Shown one piece after another: positions 1 through 9,563 of a stretch of 31,259 nucleotides of DNA (positions are counted from its first letter, which is position 1; each line of letters begins with the position of its first letter). Below the pieces are notes generated by a model. The model saw only the letters and a program-made list of their open reading frames with translations, made no database searches and was not told the origin of the DNA. The DNA lies in IMG/VR virus record IMGVR_UViG_3300032324_000227, positions 1-31,259 of that record; one strand, 5' to 3'. A program made the position numbers and the translations under genes. Source of the stretch: a virus (lineage: Duplodnaviria > Caudoviricetes).

Positions 1-426
1 CAAGGCATCCAAGGAATTCAAGGCATCCAAGGAAACACTGGTGCAACAGGTGCAACTGGTCCACAAGGCATCCAAGGAATTCAAGGCATCCAAGGAAACA
101 CTGGTGCAACAGGTGCAACTGGTTCACAAGGAATACGAGGTGCAACAGGAGCCACGGGTGCAACTGGTCCGCAAGGAGTTCCTGGAACTCCAGGTGATAC
201 AGGAATCCGAGGTGCAACAGGAGCCACGGGTGCAACTGGTCCTCAAGGCATCCAAGGAAACACAGGAGCCACGGGAGCCACAGGTGCAACTGGTCCACAA
301 GGCATCCAAGGAATTCAAGGAAACACTGGTGCAACAGGAGCCACAGGTGCTACGGGTCCACAAGGCATCCAAGGCATCCAAGGAAATACTGGTGCAACAG
401 GTGCAACTGGTCCACAAGGAACTGGA
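1..426 (+). repeat. Collagen-coding 9-nt-periodic repeats, including a near-exact 63-nt tandem duplication (1-63 / 64-126)
   Basis: Repeated caaggcatc / ggtgcaaca / ggagccacg units are directly visible. Confidence 0.9.
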
Positions 427-750
427 TTATCATGGTCTGTAGTTACAGCAGATCAAACAATGGCAGTTGATAATGGATATCTTGCTAATAAATCTAGTGG
501 AACATTAACTCTCACACTTCCAACCACATCCGCAGTTGGAAAAACATTAAGAGTAAGTGGAATGCAAAATACATGGAGAATCGCACAAAACGCTTCTCAA
601 AAAATACACTTTGGAAAGACTACAACTACAACTGGAGTTGGTGGATATCTAGAAAATTCAAATGCAAAAGATTCTGTAGAATTGGTATGTTCTGTTGCTG
701 ACTTAGAGTGGAATGTGATTAGTTCAATAGGAAATATAACAATCGTATGA
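1..750 (+). CDS. Collagen-like tail fibre protein (5' truncated); G-X-Y repeats followed by a beta-rich C-terminal fibre domain
   Basis: Frame +1 is open from base 1 ([21 protein letters not shown]...) and runs in frame into the 460..750 ORF ([17 protein letters not shown]...ELVC...WNV). The 41..442 ORF is an off-frame shadow. Confidence 0.85.
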   Translation, partial: QGIQGIQGIQGNTGATGATGPQGIQGIQGIQGNTGATGATGSQGIRGATGATGATGPQGVPGTPGDTGIRGATGATGATGPQGIQGNTGATGATGATGPQGIQGIQGNTGATGATGATGPQGIQGIQGNTGATGATGPQGTGLSWSVVTADQTMAVDNGYLANKSSGTLTLTLPTTSAVGKTLRVSGMQNTWRIAQNASQKIHFGKTTTTTGVGGYLENSNAKDSVELVCSVADLEWNVISSIGNITIV

Positions 751-1166
751 GTCAATTCATTGGACTATTATCTGCAACTGGATTGGGGAGTATGGTGGCT
801 CCTGCTGCTGATGTCACTCCAGATGCCATCAACTTTCCAGACCTCATATACGATGGCAACTGCGGAGTTGGTGTCTCAAGGCAAATTACAGGAATAAGCG
901 GCTCCATAACAATTTCAGTCTCTTGGAATCAGTTGGATGGTGGTTACGGATACAGAGTAGACAACACAGAACCTGTCGGAGAAACCACGGGGTTTTCCGC
1001 TTTGACTTCTAATGAGCAGTTCTCCATATCAAACAACCAATGGCTGACAATTAGAAACTGCACCACACAGGTTCCAGACGAAACCGCTTCAATCATCAAC
1101 CACAGCGATGGAAATGCGGTTCTTGATACATTCACTTGGGTAAATCAAAGCGGTGGTGGAACATAA
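747..1166 (+). CDS. Small fibre-associated tip/adhesin-like protein (paralog of 2695..3141)
   Basis: ATGA overlap with the upstream fibre gene. Shares DVTP, Q(I/V)TxIS, ISNN and SDxNxV motifs with 2695..3141. Confidence 0.6.
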   Translation: MSQFIGLLSATGLGSMVAPAADVTPDAINFPDLIYDGNCGVGVSRQITGISGSITISVSWNQLDGGYGYRVDNTEPVGETTGFSALTSNEQFSISNNQWLTIRNCTTQVPDETASIINHSDGNAVLDTFTWVNQSGGGT

Positions 1167-1169
1167 ATA
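1162..1169 (+). promoter_or_regulatory. T4-type late promoter (CATAAATA)
   Basis: Matches the TATAAATA-type consensus 14 nt before the fibre gene ATG. Confidence 0.55.
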
Positions 1170-1183
1170 AAAAGAGAAATTAA

Positions 1184-2698
1184 ATGGCAAAACAAAATTC
1201 AGTCAATCTTGATATAACAAACAATGCTGATGGATTTAGCATTGCTGGTGGATCAACTTCCAGAACTCTTGGAGTCTCTGGTGGTGATATTACCTTAGTT
1301 GGATCAGGATCTGCCACTCTTACATTTCCAACCACTTCAACTACGGTTGCTGGTCTTGGCATAACTCAAACATTTACAGCATTACAACAGTTTTCTGCTG
1401 GCATGTCAGTATCAGGTGGAGAGGGTGGAACAGGTCATACCAGACTCTACTCGACCATCTACGACAACTTCTTGGAAGGGTATGGAAACAACTTTAGAAT
1501 CCGCCATGCGACAGGCAAATACATCACCATCGGTGACAGTTCGGCGTTTGGTGGGATAGGCAACGGAACACACATCTTTGTCTCCGACAATGATGCTTCG
1601 ATCATCCTTTATGGACAGTTGATTTGGACACGCGGTCCAAGTCTTTTTGAGTATGGCGCGACATTCGATCAGGGTGTGAACCTCAAGGGTCAGGGGCTAC
1701 GAATATCAGGTTCTACTGGAGCGAATGGACAAGTCTTGACAAGCACTGGATCCAGTATCACATGGGCAACTCCAAATGCAGCAACTTCTACGATAACAAA
1801 TACTAATAGTGGATCAACATTTTATCCTACATTTGTTGGTGGAAGTGGCAATACTGGACTTTTCATAGATGGAATAACAACACCGTTTACTTATGTTCCA
1901 TCCACTGGAACCATTAATGCAAAAGTATTACAGGCAAAAGATGGTTCGTATACAGCACAACTAAATGGATCTGATGGCACAATAACCATTACAGACGGTG
2001 CTAATGTAAGCGTTATCACTCCAATTAGTCTTGAATATTATAGTGGTTCTGTTTATCCATATTACTTTTATACTGCAACCCAAAGAACATTTTTAGTCAC
2101 ACAAGCATTACAAATATCTAATGGTGATTACGATCAGTTTTATGGTCCATCATCTTGGGGTTATACATTCCCTGCTTCAAACGGCACAAGCGGTCAGGCA
2201 ATGCTCACCAATGGAGATGGTCAACTCTATTGGGGTAATGTTGTAAATACAGTCAATGGTGTGACTGGTGCGATTACAAATGTAGCGAAGACCGATGCAA
2301 CACAAACATTCACTCTGTTGCAGAACTTCTCTGCTGGAATTTCTGCTGCTGGTGCTACCTTTAGTGGAGCAGTTATTTCAGACGGTGGATATAGAATCAC
2401 TTCAAATGCAATCAATGCCCTTACAGGAACGACATATTCCCTATTAACTACTGATAATGGTAAAATCATCACATGGAGCAATGCTAGCGGAGTTACCCTT
2501 ACTGTTCCTTCAGGTTTGCCTGTAGGATTTAATACTACTGTGATTCAGATAGGTGCTGGTGCAGTCGGAATCACTGGATCGGGAACAACAATCAATAGTT
2601 TTGAAGGCAAACGTCGAACTGCTGGTCAACACGCTGCGGTAAGTATTATATCTTACAGCAGCAATGTGTTTAATATTGCAGGAGGGTTGACTGCATGA
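1184..2698 (+). CDS. Tail fibre protein
   Basis: G/T/S-rich 504 aa. Repeats TQTFTxLQxFSAGxS and GxxGQxxxxxGxxxxxW. C-terminal domain TLTVPSGLPVGFNTTVIQIGAG is typical of phage fibre ends. Confidence 0.8.
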   Translation: MAKQNSVNLDITNNADGFSIAGGSTSRTLGVSGGDITLVGSGSATLTFPTTSTTVAGLGITQTFTALQQFSAGMSVSGGEGGTGHTRLYSTIYDNFLEGYGNNFRIRHATGKYITIGDSSAFGGIGNGTHIFVSDNDASIILYGQLIWTRGPSLFEYGATFDQGVNLKGQGLRISGSTGANGQVLTSTGSSITWATPNAATSTITNTNSGSTFYPTFVGGSGNTGLFIDGITTPFTYVPSTGTINAKVLQAKDGSYTAQLNGSDGTITITDGANVSVITPISLEYYSGSVYPYYFYTATQRTFLVTQALQISNGDYDQFYGPSSWGYTFPASNGTSGQAMLTNGDGQLYWGNVVNTVNGVTGAITNVAKTDATQTFTLLQNFSAGISAAGATFSGAVISDGGYRITSNAINALTGTTYSLLTTDNGKIITWSNASGVTLTVPSGLPVGFNTTVIQIGAGAVGITGSGTTINSFEGKRRTAGQHAAVSIISYSSNVFNIAGGLTA

Positions 2699-3141
2699 TT
2701 ATTCCAAGTTCAACCCACGGTGTCATTGCTTCTAGTATACCAAGAGTAGTAGTTGCTGGTCCAGATGTAACTCCTGCAACAATAACAGTAACTTCTTTGG
2801 CTTACGACCCCAGCACCGCGTCAACGGCTCATAGAATACAGGTAACTGACATAAGCACAACAATATCATTTAGTGTTTCATATACTGGAACATTAGGTAG
2901 TTTTGCATATTTAAAAACAACAAATGGAACACTAACTAGCAATTCTGCATTTACAAATGCCAATAAAGTGGCGATTACATCTTCGCCCACAACAATAACA
3001 AATATATCAAACAATGATTACATTTATTTTATAGTAACTCGCACTGCAAGAGGAGCAACTACAAGTAGAACCGTTACCTTGACAAATACTAGCGATTCTA
3101 ATACCGTTGTGTTGAATGCCTATTTGATGTCTTCTGGTTAA
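2695..3141 (+). CDS. Small fibre-associated tip/adhesin-like protein (paralog of 747..1166)
   Basis: ATGA overlap with the fibre gene; Thr-rich beta-type sequence; shared motifs with 747..1166. Confidence 0.6.
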   Translation: MIIPSSTHGVIASSIPRVVVAGPDVTPATITVTSLAYDPSTASTAHRIQVTDISTTISFSVSYTGTLGSFAYLKTTNGTLTSNSAFTNANKVAITSSPTTITNISNNDYIYFIVTRTARGATTSRTVTLTNTSDSNTVVLNAYLMSSG

Positions 3142-3151
3142 AGGTTTAAAT

Positions 3152-3691
3152 ATGAGAATTCAGACAAATATTCCTGCTGGTGTATGTGGAGATTATTGCA
3201 TAACAAACAATCTTCATGGGTTTGATTGTTATGGCAGAAAGGATACTGAAGGATTTTATAGTTACTTGATGCACAATGATGCAATTATTATGCATGATTG
3301 TGAACACGAATACGCAGAACACTCAGAATTGTGGCAAAAAGCGCATGGTCATATATTGATCGCTGGACTTGGTTTAGGAATGGTCAACGCTTATCTTATC
3401 AATCTTCCAACAGTAGAAAGTGTTACTATAATTGAAAAGAGCAAAGAAGTAATTGATTTGGTTTGGAACCACTGTAAAAAGGATGAAAGATTTGAATTGA
3501 TAAATGCGGATATTCATACATGGGATAATCCAAAAAATAAAAAATGGAATATTGGTTGGTTTGATACGAATCCTTGGTTATATGGAATGAGTTTTGACGA
3601 ATATATAGAAAATATTAATAAAAAATATCAACCTTTTTGCGACTGGATAGGATTTTGGAAAGTAAAAGAAAACAATTTGACTCATATTTAA
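3152..3691 (+). CDS. Class I SAM-dependent methyltransferase (spermidine-synthase-like)
   Basis: Motif I ILIAGLGLG, acidic residue at the end of beta2 (VTIIE), then INAD and WFD. Confidence 0.75.
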   Translation: MRIQTNIPAGVCGDYCITNNLHGFDCYGRKDTEGFYSYLMHNDAIIMHDCEHEYAEHSELWQKAHGHILIAGLGLGMVNAYLINLPTVESVTIIEKSKEVIDLVWNHCKKDERFELINADIHTWDNPKNKKWNIGWFDTNPWLYGMSFDEYIENINKKYQPFCDWIGFWKVKENNLTHI

Positions 3692-3704
3692 AACGAGGTA
3701 TAAT
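3677..3704 (+). promoter_or_regulatory. Sigma70-type early promoter TTGACT-16-TATAAT; probably gives a leaderless dUTPase mRNA
   Basis: Near-consensus hexamers; ATG at 3712 lies 7 nt after the -10. Confidence 0.7.
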
Positions 3705-3711
3705 TCTAGTC

Positions 3712-4233
3712 ATGCTAAACATCTATAAGACTGATCCAAAAGTTCCCACACCATCATATGCAACAGCAGCCTCTGCCTGTTTTGATATTGCAGCCTTCAT
3801 TCCATACATGGGAAGCGTTAAGGCTTATACAAAAACAAATGAAACAGTAGAATTACTTGCTGTTGCAAATGCCGAAGAGACAGAATCTTACATTGAGATT
3901 CCCGCTGAATGGCGAGTCCTTATCCCAACAGGACTTATCTTTGATATTCCTGATGATCATTGCGTAAAGATCTATCCACGGTCAGGAATGTCAACAAAGA
4001 TGGGCATTAATCTCATCAACTCTGTTGGTATTGTTGATTCTGACTATGTTCTTCCTGTTTTCGTTCCTGTGTATAATAATTCACAGAATCGCATAAAGAT
4101 CAAGAATGGTGATCGCATTGCACAAGGAGAACTCGTTCCTGTGCTTAAAGCAAAGATCAAGATCACCGATCAAAGACCATCTCAAAAGACAGACCGTGAT
4201 GGTGGTTTTGGTAGCACTGGTCTGTCATCCTGA
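3712..4233 (+). CDS. dut: Trimeric dUTPase
   Basis: Motifs ACFDI, PRSG, GIVDSDY, GDRIAQ and RDGGFGSTG. Start reassigned to ATG 3712. Confidence 0.95.
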   Translation: MLNIYKTDPKVPTPSYATAASACFDIAAFIPYMGSVKAYTKTNETVELLAVANAEETESYIEIPAEWRVLIPTGLIFDIPDDHCVKIYPRSGMSTKMGINLINSVGIVDSDYVLPVFVPVYNNSQNRIKIKNGDRIAQGELVPVLKAKIKITDQRPSQKTDRDGGFGSTGLSS

Positions 4234-4245
4234 AAGGTATTCATT

Positions 4246-4563
4246 ATGAATCGTGAAGAATTGTTTAAGCATCATGAAGAGTTGTGCAAAGTCGCTCTTA
4301 ATATCATGCGAAAGAAGAACCATGATTATGCAGGAAACAGCGGTGAAACTCCATTTGCAAATTTTGAGCGTTGCGAAGCGATGGGTATCTGCTCTACAGA
4401 GGCAGGATTCCTCGTTCGTCTCACAGACAAGTTGTCTCGCCTATCAACATTTACAAGTGCTGGTCGCCTTACTGTAGAAAATGAAAGTTATGAAGATGCG
4501 ATTCTTGATATTATCAATTATTGCATTCTTTTCTCGGCTTATGTAAAGAGTCGAGACGAATAA
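4246..4563 (+). CDS. DUF1599 / nucleotide-modification-associated-domain-like helical protein
   Basis: KKNHDYAG...NF...VRLTDKLSRL...EDAILDIINYC pattern. Confidence 0.7.
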   Translation: MNREELFKHHEELCKVALNIMRKKNHDYAGNSGETPFANFERCEAMGICSTEAGFLVRLTDKLSRLSTFTSAGRLTVENESYEDAILDIINYCILFSAYVKSRDE

Positions 4564-4565
4564 AC

Positions 4566-4593
4566 TTGCACACATCAAAATCTCTGCTATAAT
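4566..4593 (+). promoter_or_regulatory. Sigma70-type promoter TTGCAC-16-TATAAT with extended TG
   Basis: Lies upstream of SD AAGGAG and the methylase ATG. Confidence 0.65.
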
Positions 4594-4611
4594 CTCGGCA
4601 AAGGAGCCTAG

Positions 4612-5466
4612 ATGAAGGATCGCTATCAGATCATACAGGGAGATTGTCGCGAGTCTCTAAAGACTCTAACCGAAAATTCGGTGAATTGTTGTGTGACTTC
4701 TCCACCCTATTTCGGACTCAGATCATATGGAGGAGGAGAGGATGAGATCGGCATTGAAGACAGGGTTGAAGACTATATTCAATCCCTCGTTGATGTTTTT
4801 CGTGAAGTTCGCAGGGTTCTGCGTCCTGATGGCACTCTATGGTTGAATCTTGGTGATTCATACATGGCACAGAAGAATGTCGCTCCACCACCACAGACAA
4901 TCGGTGGACAACGCGACATGCCTACAGGAATTCCTGGCAATCGCAAGAATCAAAACGGACTGAAGCACAAGGATCTCATCGGTATTCCTTGGCGAGTGGC
5001 ACTTGCGCTCCAAGCCGATGGTTGGTGGCTTCGTCAGGATATCATTTGGCATAAGCCAAATCCAATGCCTGAAAGTGTTGAAGACCGCTGCACTCGCGCA
5101 CATGAATACATCTTCATGCTTTCAAAGAAGTCTCATTATTACTATGACCATGAGGCGATTAAGGAAACTACTATGTCGGGTGAGGAAAAGAAAAACAAGC
5201 GTTCCGTTTGGACTGTGAACACAAAAGGCTATAAGGGCGCGCATTTCGCCGTATATCCCAAACAACTTGTGCTTCCCTGCATCTTAGCAGGATGTCCTCA
5301 AGATGGAACTGTTCTTGATCCTTTCAATGGCAGCGGAACCACGGGTGTCGTGGCTCTTCAGAACAATCGTCGCTATATTGGGCTTGAACTAAATCCAGAG
5401 TATGTTAAACTAGCAGAGGCTCGTATCGCTGAAGAAGTGTCTCCTCTTACTAGTCTATTTGAATGA
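4612..5466 (+). CDS. DNA N4-cytosine/N6-adenine methyltransferase (beta class)
   Basis: Catalytic TSPPY near the N-terminus, DIIWHKPNPMP, HFAVYP, SAM motif DPFNGSGTT near the C-terminus. Confidence 0.92.
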   Translation: MKDRYQIIQGDCRESLKTLTENSVNCCVTSPPYFGLRSYGGGEDEIGIEDRVEDYIQSLVDVFREVRRVLRPDGTLWLNLGDSYMAQKNVAPPPQTIGGQRDMPTGIPGNRKNQNGLKHKDLIGIPWRVALALQADGWWLRQDIIWHKPNPMPESVEDRCTRAHEYIFMLSKKSHYYYDHEAIKETTMSGEEKKNKRSVWTVNTKGYKGAHFAVYPKQLVLPCILAGCPQDGTVLDPFNGSGTTGVVALQNNRRYIGLELNPEYVKLAEARIAEEVSPLTSLFE

Positions 5467-7988
5467 ATTTCTATACACACATCACACGAATCGGTGACAC
5501 AATCGCTTACCGTGGCTATAAGGACGGTAAGCGAATCATTGAGAGGCGGGATTTTTATCCACGCTTCTTTATGCCATCCAAGGAAAACAATCGTTGGAAG
5601 ACGCTTGATGGTAGGTCCGTTAAAGAGATAAAACCTGGCACGATGAGTGACTGTCGAGATTTTATCGACCGTTATCGTGGAGTTCGTGGTTTTGAGATTT
5701 TCGGAAATTCCGACTACATCTATCAGTTTATCGGTGACGAATTTCCAAATGAAATTCAGTATGATCCTAGCCTATTGAAGATCTGTTGCATCGACATTGA
5801 AACTCGCTGCGACAATGGTTTTCCGAACATTGAAGAGGCAAACGAGCCTCTTAATGCAATTACTGTTCGTGTCGGTGATCAGATCAATGTCTATGGAGTG
5901 GGAAACTACAAACTAGACTCTCAGTTCAACTGCCATCGTTTTGATAATGAAGAGGAGATGTTGATGGAGTTCCTGCGTTGGTGGCAGGGAGCAGACATCG
6001 ACATCATCACAGGATGGAATGTCAATCTATTCGATATTCCTTATCTTGTTCACCGACTGAACCGAGTCTTTGGTGATAACACGGCAAATGCTCTGTCTCC
6101 GTGGAAGAAACTAAAGAAGCGAACGATCAAGATCATGGAACGAGAGAACACAGCCTATGAGGTTGTGGGAATTCCAATTCTAGATTATCTTGATCTATAC
6201 AAGAAATTCACCTTCATCACCCGTGAAACCTATAAACTCGACCACATTGCAGAGGTTGAGTTGGGCGAACGAAAGGTAGATTGGTCAAAGGACTATGAGT
6301 CCCTAAAGGATTTCTACACCAGAAACTTTCAGCGATTCATGGAATACAATGCACAAGATGTCAATCTTGTGATCCGATTGGAAGAGAAACTAAAACTTCT
6401 TGAATTGGGTCTTGCTCTTGCCTATTCAGCGAAGGTAAATCTTACCGATGTGTTTTCACAGGTAAGAACATGGGATCAGATCATCTATCACCACCTCAAC
6501 GAGCGCAGAATCGTCATTCCGATGAAGCCTGAAGGTGAGGAAAAGGATGAGCAATATGTGGGTGCTTATGTAAAAGAGCCGCTGATTGGTATGCATAAGT
6601 GGGTTGTGTCTTTCGACATCAACTCGCTATATCCACACCTTATCATGCAATACAACATCTCTCCCGAGACTCGTCTTGAAGACAAGTTGGAACTGAATAT
6701 AGACAAGATTTTGAACGGACAGGAAACCGAAAAGATCGGTTCTGTCGGAGATATGTGTGTTGCTGCAAATGGCACGATCTATCGCAAGGATTTTCAGGGA
6801 TTTTTGCCTGAATTGATGGATAAGATGTATGCCGACAGAAAGCACTACAAGAATCTCATGATTGAGGCAAAGAAGGAACTTGCTTCGGTCGAAGACCATA
6901 TCAAGAAGAACTCCACAATTGAGTTGTTGGCAAAGAAGCGCAAGTTGGAGTTTGATGTCTCAAAGTATCACAATTTCCAACTAGTAAGAAAGATTCAACT
7001 CAACTCTGCCTATGGAGCCGTTGGAAACGAGTGGTTCCGTTACTATTCAAAGGACATGGCAGAGGCAATCACTTGTTCAGGTCAATTGTCGATTCGTTGG
7101 GTGATTAATCACATCAACAGTTTCCTTAACAAGACAATGAAGAGTGACAAGGACTATGTGATTGCATCTGACACAGATTCAGTCTATCTTTGCCTTGATG
7201 ATCTTGTCAATAGTGTCGTTCCTGGTGCAGATGTAACAAAAACAGTCAATTTCCTCGACAAGTTCTGCAAAACTGTGCTTCAGAAAGAGATTGACAAGTC
7301 GTTTGATCAACTATGCACCGTGATGAATGCTTATGCAAACAGAATGGTGATGGAGCGAGAAGTTATTTCTGATCGCGGCATATGGACGGCAAAGAAGCAC
7401 TACATTCTCAATGTTTGGGACTCTGAAGGAGTAAGAAACTCGTCTCCCAAACTGAAGATAATGGGAATTGAGACGAGTCGTTCATCGACTCCTGCTCCTG
7501 TTCGCGAGGCTCTGAAGCAGTCGATTCATATCATCATGAATGGAGATGAAAAGCAACTTCAAGATCAGGTTGCAGAATTCAAGAAAAAGTTCATGAGCCT
7601 GAAGCCTGAAGAGATCTCCTCGCCAAGTTCATGCAACGGACTGAATGACTACAAGAGCAGCAATACGATCTACAAGAAGGGAACACCGATTGCAGTAAAG
7701 GGTGCTTTGCTTTTCAATCATCACCTGAAGCGTTTTGGTATTGACAAGAAATATCAGGAGATTCGTGAGGGTGAAAAGGTTAAGTTCATCTATCTGAAGG
7801 TTCCAAATCCAATTTCAGATGCTGTTATTTCCTTTCAGTCTTCATTGCCGAGAGAGTTCGATCTACATCGTTTCGTAGATTATCAAACTCAATATGAAAA
7901 GAAGTTCTTGAAGCCCCTGAAAACGATCCTAGATACCGTAGGATGGGTAGAAGAAGAGCAGTCAACACTTGACTCTCTGTTCGCATGA
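5463..7988 (+). CDS. gp43: T4-like family B DNA polymerase
   Basis: Exonuclease motifs DIET, TGWN..FD, YNAQD; polymerase motifs SFDINSLYP, KIQLNSAYG, SDTDS, KK.Y, RSSTP. Confidence 0.97.
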   Translation: MNFYTHITRIGDTIAYRGYKDGKRIIERRDFYPRFFMPSKENNRWKTLDGRSVKEIKPGTMSDCRDFIDRYRGVRGFEIFGNSDYIYQFIGDEFPNEIQYDPSLLKICCIDIETRCDNGFPNIEEANEPLNAITVRVGDQINVYGVGNYKLDSQFNCHRFDNEEEMLMEFLRWWQGADIDIITGWNVNLFDIPYLVHRLNRVFGDNTANALSPWKKLKKRTIKIMERENTAYEVVGIPILDYLDLYKKFTFITRETYKLDHIAEVELGERKVDWSKDYESLKDFYTRNFQRFMEYNAQDVNLVIRLEEKLKLLELGLALAYSAKVNLTDVFSQVRTWDQIIYHHLNERRIVIPMKPEGEEKDEQYVGAYVKEPLIGMHKWVVSFDINSLYPHLIMQYNISPETRLEDKLELNIDKILNGQETEKIGSVGDMCVAANGTIYRKDFQGFLPELMDKMYADRKHYKNLMIEAKKELASVEDHIKKNSTIELLAKKRKLEFDVSKYHNFQLVRKIQLNSAYGAVGNEWFRYYSKDMAEAITCSGQLSIRWVINHINSFLNKTMKSDKDYVIASDTDSVYLCLDDLVNSVVPGADVTKTVNFLDKFCKTVLQKEIDKSFDQLCTVMNAYANRMVMEREVISDRGIWTAKKHYILNVWDSEGVRNSSPKLKIMGIETSRSSTPAPVREALKQSIHIIMNGDEKQLQDQVAEFKKKFMSLKPEEISSPSSCNGLNDYKSSNTIYKKGTPIAVKGALLFNHHLKRFGIDKKYQEIREGEKVKFIYLKVPNPISDAVISFQSSLPREFDLHRFVDYQTQYEKKFLKPLKTILDTVGWVEEEQSTLDSLFA

Positions 7989-7996
7989 GTTATACT
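7969..7996 (+). promoter_or_regulatory. Sigma70-type promoter TTGACT-16-TATACT
   Basis: Overlaps the end of the polymerase gene; upstream of SD AAAGGAG. Confidence 0.65.
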
Positions 7997-8014
7997 ATGT
8001 CTAAAGGAGACAAT

Positions 8015-8320
8015 ATGCTGAAGGTAGTTAGAATGATGAGTGGTGAAGAAATCCTCACCGAAATTGAGCAGAATGCTGATGGTAGTTGGCTCTTGAAGAA
8101 GCCATGTATCATCATCCCACAGGATCGCATGACCATTGGCATCATGCCTTGGATGAGTTACTGCAATATAAAGGATGGGGTGAATATTTCTGAAAAGTTC
8201 ATTGCCTTTATGGTAGATCCATCCGCTGAACTTGCTTCAGAATACGAGGGAATGACCTCAAAGATCATCAAGCCAAACAAGGGTCTTGTTTCTCCGCAAC
8301 TTTCACTTGTAGGAGAGTAA
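8015..8320 (+). CDS. Sm-like/SH3-fold small protein conserved in T4-like phages
   Basis: KVVRMMSGEEIL...LKKP...PWM pattern; SD AAAGGAG before ATG 8015. Confidence 0.65.
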   Translation: MLKVVRMMSGEEILTEIEQNADGSWLLKKPCIIIPQDRMTIGIMPWMSYCNIKDGVNISEKFIAFMVDPSAELASEYEGMTSKIIKPNKGLVSPQLSLVGE

Positions 8321-8524
8321 ATGGCATCAACTGTTGCTGATCGACTTGTGGCACTCAATGTCTTGACAAAATATGTCGATGAAACAACTGAGCGTCTTAA
8401 GTTGAAGATGAAGGACAAGAACTGTAAACTTGCAGAGATTGAGCAAGACAATAATAATATTTCGTGCCTTAAGCGAGTTATCGCTGAATTAAAGGATGAA
8501 CAGAATGAATACTTTCCTAGATGA
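8321..8524 (+). CDS. Hypothetical coiled-coil protein
   Basis: SD AGGAG; fills the gap in the operon. Confidence 0.6.
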   Translation: MASTVADRLVALNVLTKYVDETTERLKLKMKDKNCKLAEIEQDNNNISCLKRVIAELKDEQNEYFPR

Positions 8525-9563
8525 TATTATCAAGACAAGTCAAAATCAATACGCATCGGTGGTTTCCGATGGACTTGATGGAGCAGATGTTCGTGGTTTC
8601 GTTGATACGGGTTCCTATTCTTTTAATGCTCTCGTTTCAGGTAGCCTTTATGGTGGCATTCCTGATAACAAGATCGTTGCTCTCGCGGGTGAACAGGCTA
8701 CAGGCAAGACATTTTTCGCCATTAGCATGGTTTCGAAGTTCCTTGAAGTGAATCCTGAAGGACTTGTGCTTTACTTCGATTCTGAACAGGCTGTGACAAG
8801 CGAGATGTTCACGGATCGCGGCATTGATGCAAAGCGCATTGCAGTATTTCCTGTGTCAACGGTTGAAGAGTTCCGTCTACAGGCAATCCGAATCGTTGAT
8901 CAGATTCTTGCAAAGCCTGAAAAGGAACGCAAGCCTGTGATGATGGTTCTTGATTCGCTAGGAATGCTTTCAACTAGCAAGGAAATGGGAGATACGGCTG
9001 AAGGTAAGGAAGTTCGCGACATGACCCGATCACAGGTCATCAAGTCAACTTTCCGTGTCCTAACCCTCAAGTTGGGACAAGCCCGTATTCCAATGATCCT
9101 AACCAATCACACCTACGATGTTGTTGGTGCTTACATTCCAACAAAGGAAATGAGTGGTGGAGCGGGTCTTAAGTATGCTGCATCGACAATTGTCTATCTG
9201 AGCAAGAAGAAGGACAAGGATGCTGCAAACGAGGTGATTGGTAACATCATCACCTGTAAACTATACAAGAGTCGCTTGACAAAGGAAAACAAGACCGCAG
9301 AAGTTCAGTTGAATTATGAAACTGGTCTGAACAAGTATTACGGTCTTGTTGATCTTGCCTTGCGACACAACATCTTCAAGAAGAATTCCACAAAGATCGA
9401 ACTGCCGAGCGGCAAGACTGTCTTTGAGAAGCAGATCAACAACAATCCCGAGCAATACTTCACAACAGAAGTGTTGCAACTACTAGAAACAGCAGCAGAA
9501 AAGGAATACAAGTATGGAACAGGAAACGCAGAATCCGACGAGTCAGCAAATTCAGGTGAGTGA
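8505..9563 (+). CDS. uvsX: UvsX RecA-like recombinase
   Basis: DTGS, Walker A GEQATGKT, YFDSE, LDSLG, DMTR, TNHTY, GGAGLKYAAS. Confidence 0.95.
   Translation: MNTFLDDIIKTSQNQYASVVSDGLDGADVRGFVDTGSYSFNALVSGSLYGGIPDNKIVALAGEQATGKTFFAISMVSKFLEVNPEGLVLYFDSEQAVTSEMFTDRGIDAKRIAVFPVSTVEEFRLQAIRIVDQILAKPEKERKPVMMVLDSLGMLSTSKEMGDTAEGKEVRDMTRSQVIKSTFRVLTLKLGQARIPMILTNHTYDVVGAYIPTKEMSGGAGLKYAASTIVYLSKKKDKDAANEVIGNIITCKLYKSRLTKENKTAEVQLNYETGLNKYYGLVDLALRHNIFKKNSTKIELPSGKTVFEKQINNNPEQYFTTEVLQLLETAAEKEYKYGTGNAESDESANSGE

Noticed and set aside
1-426. Repeats as a CRISPR array
   Set aside because: They are codon-periodic G-X-Y repeats with no unique spacers.
41-442. 133-aa Q/V-rich ORF and the antisense 124..417 Cys-rich ORF
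   Set aside because: Both are alternative-frame shadows of the collagen repeat in frame +1.
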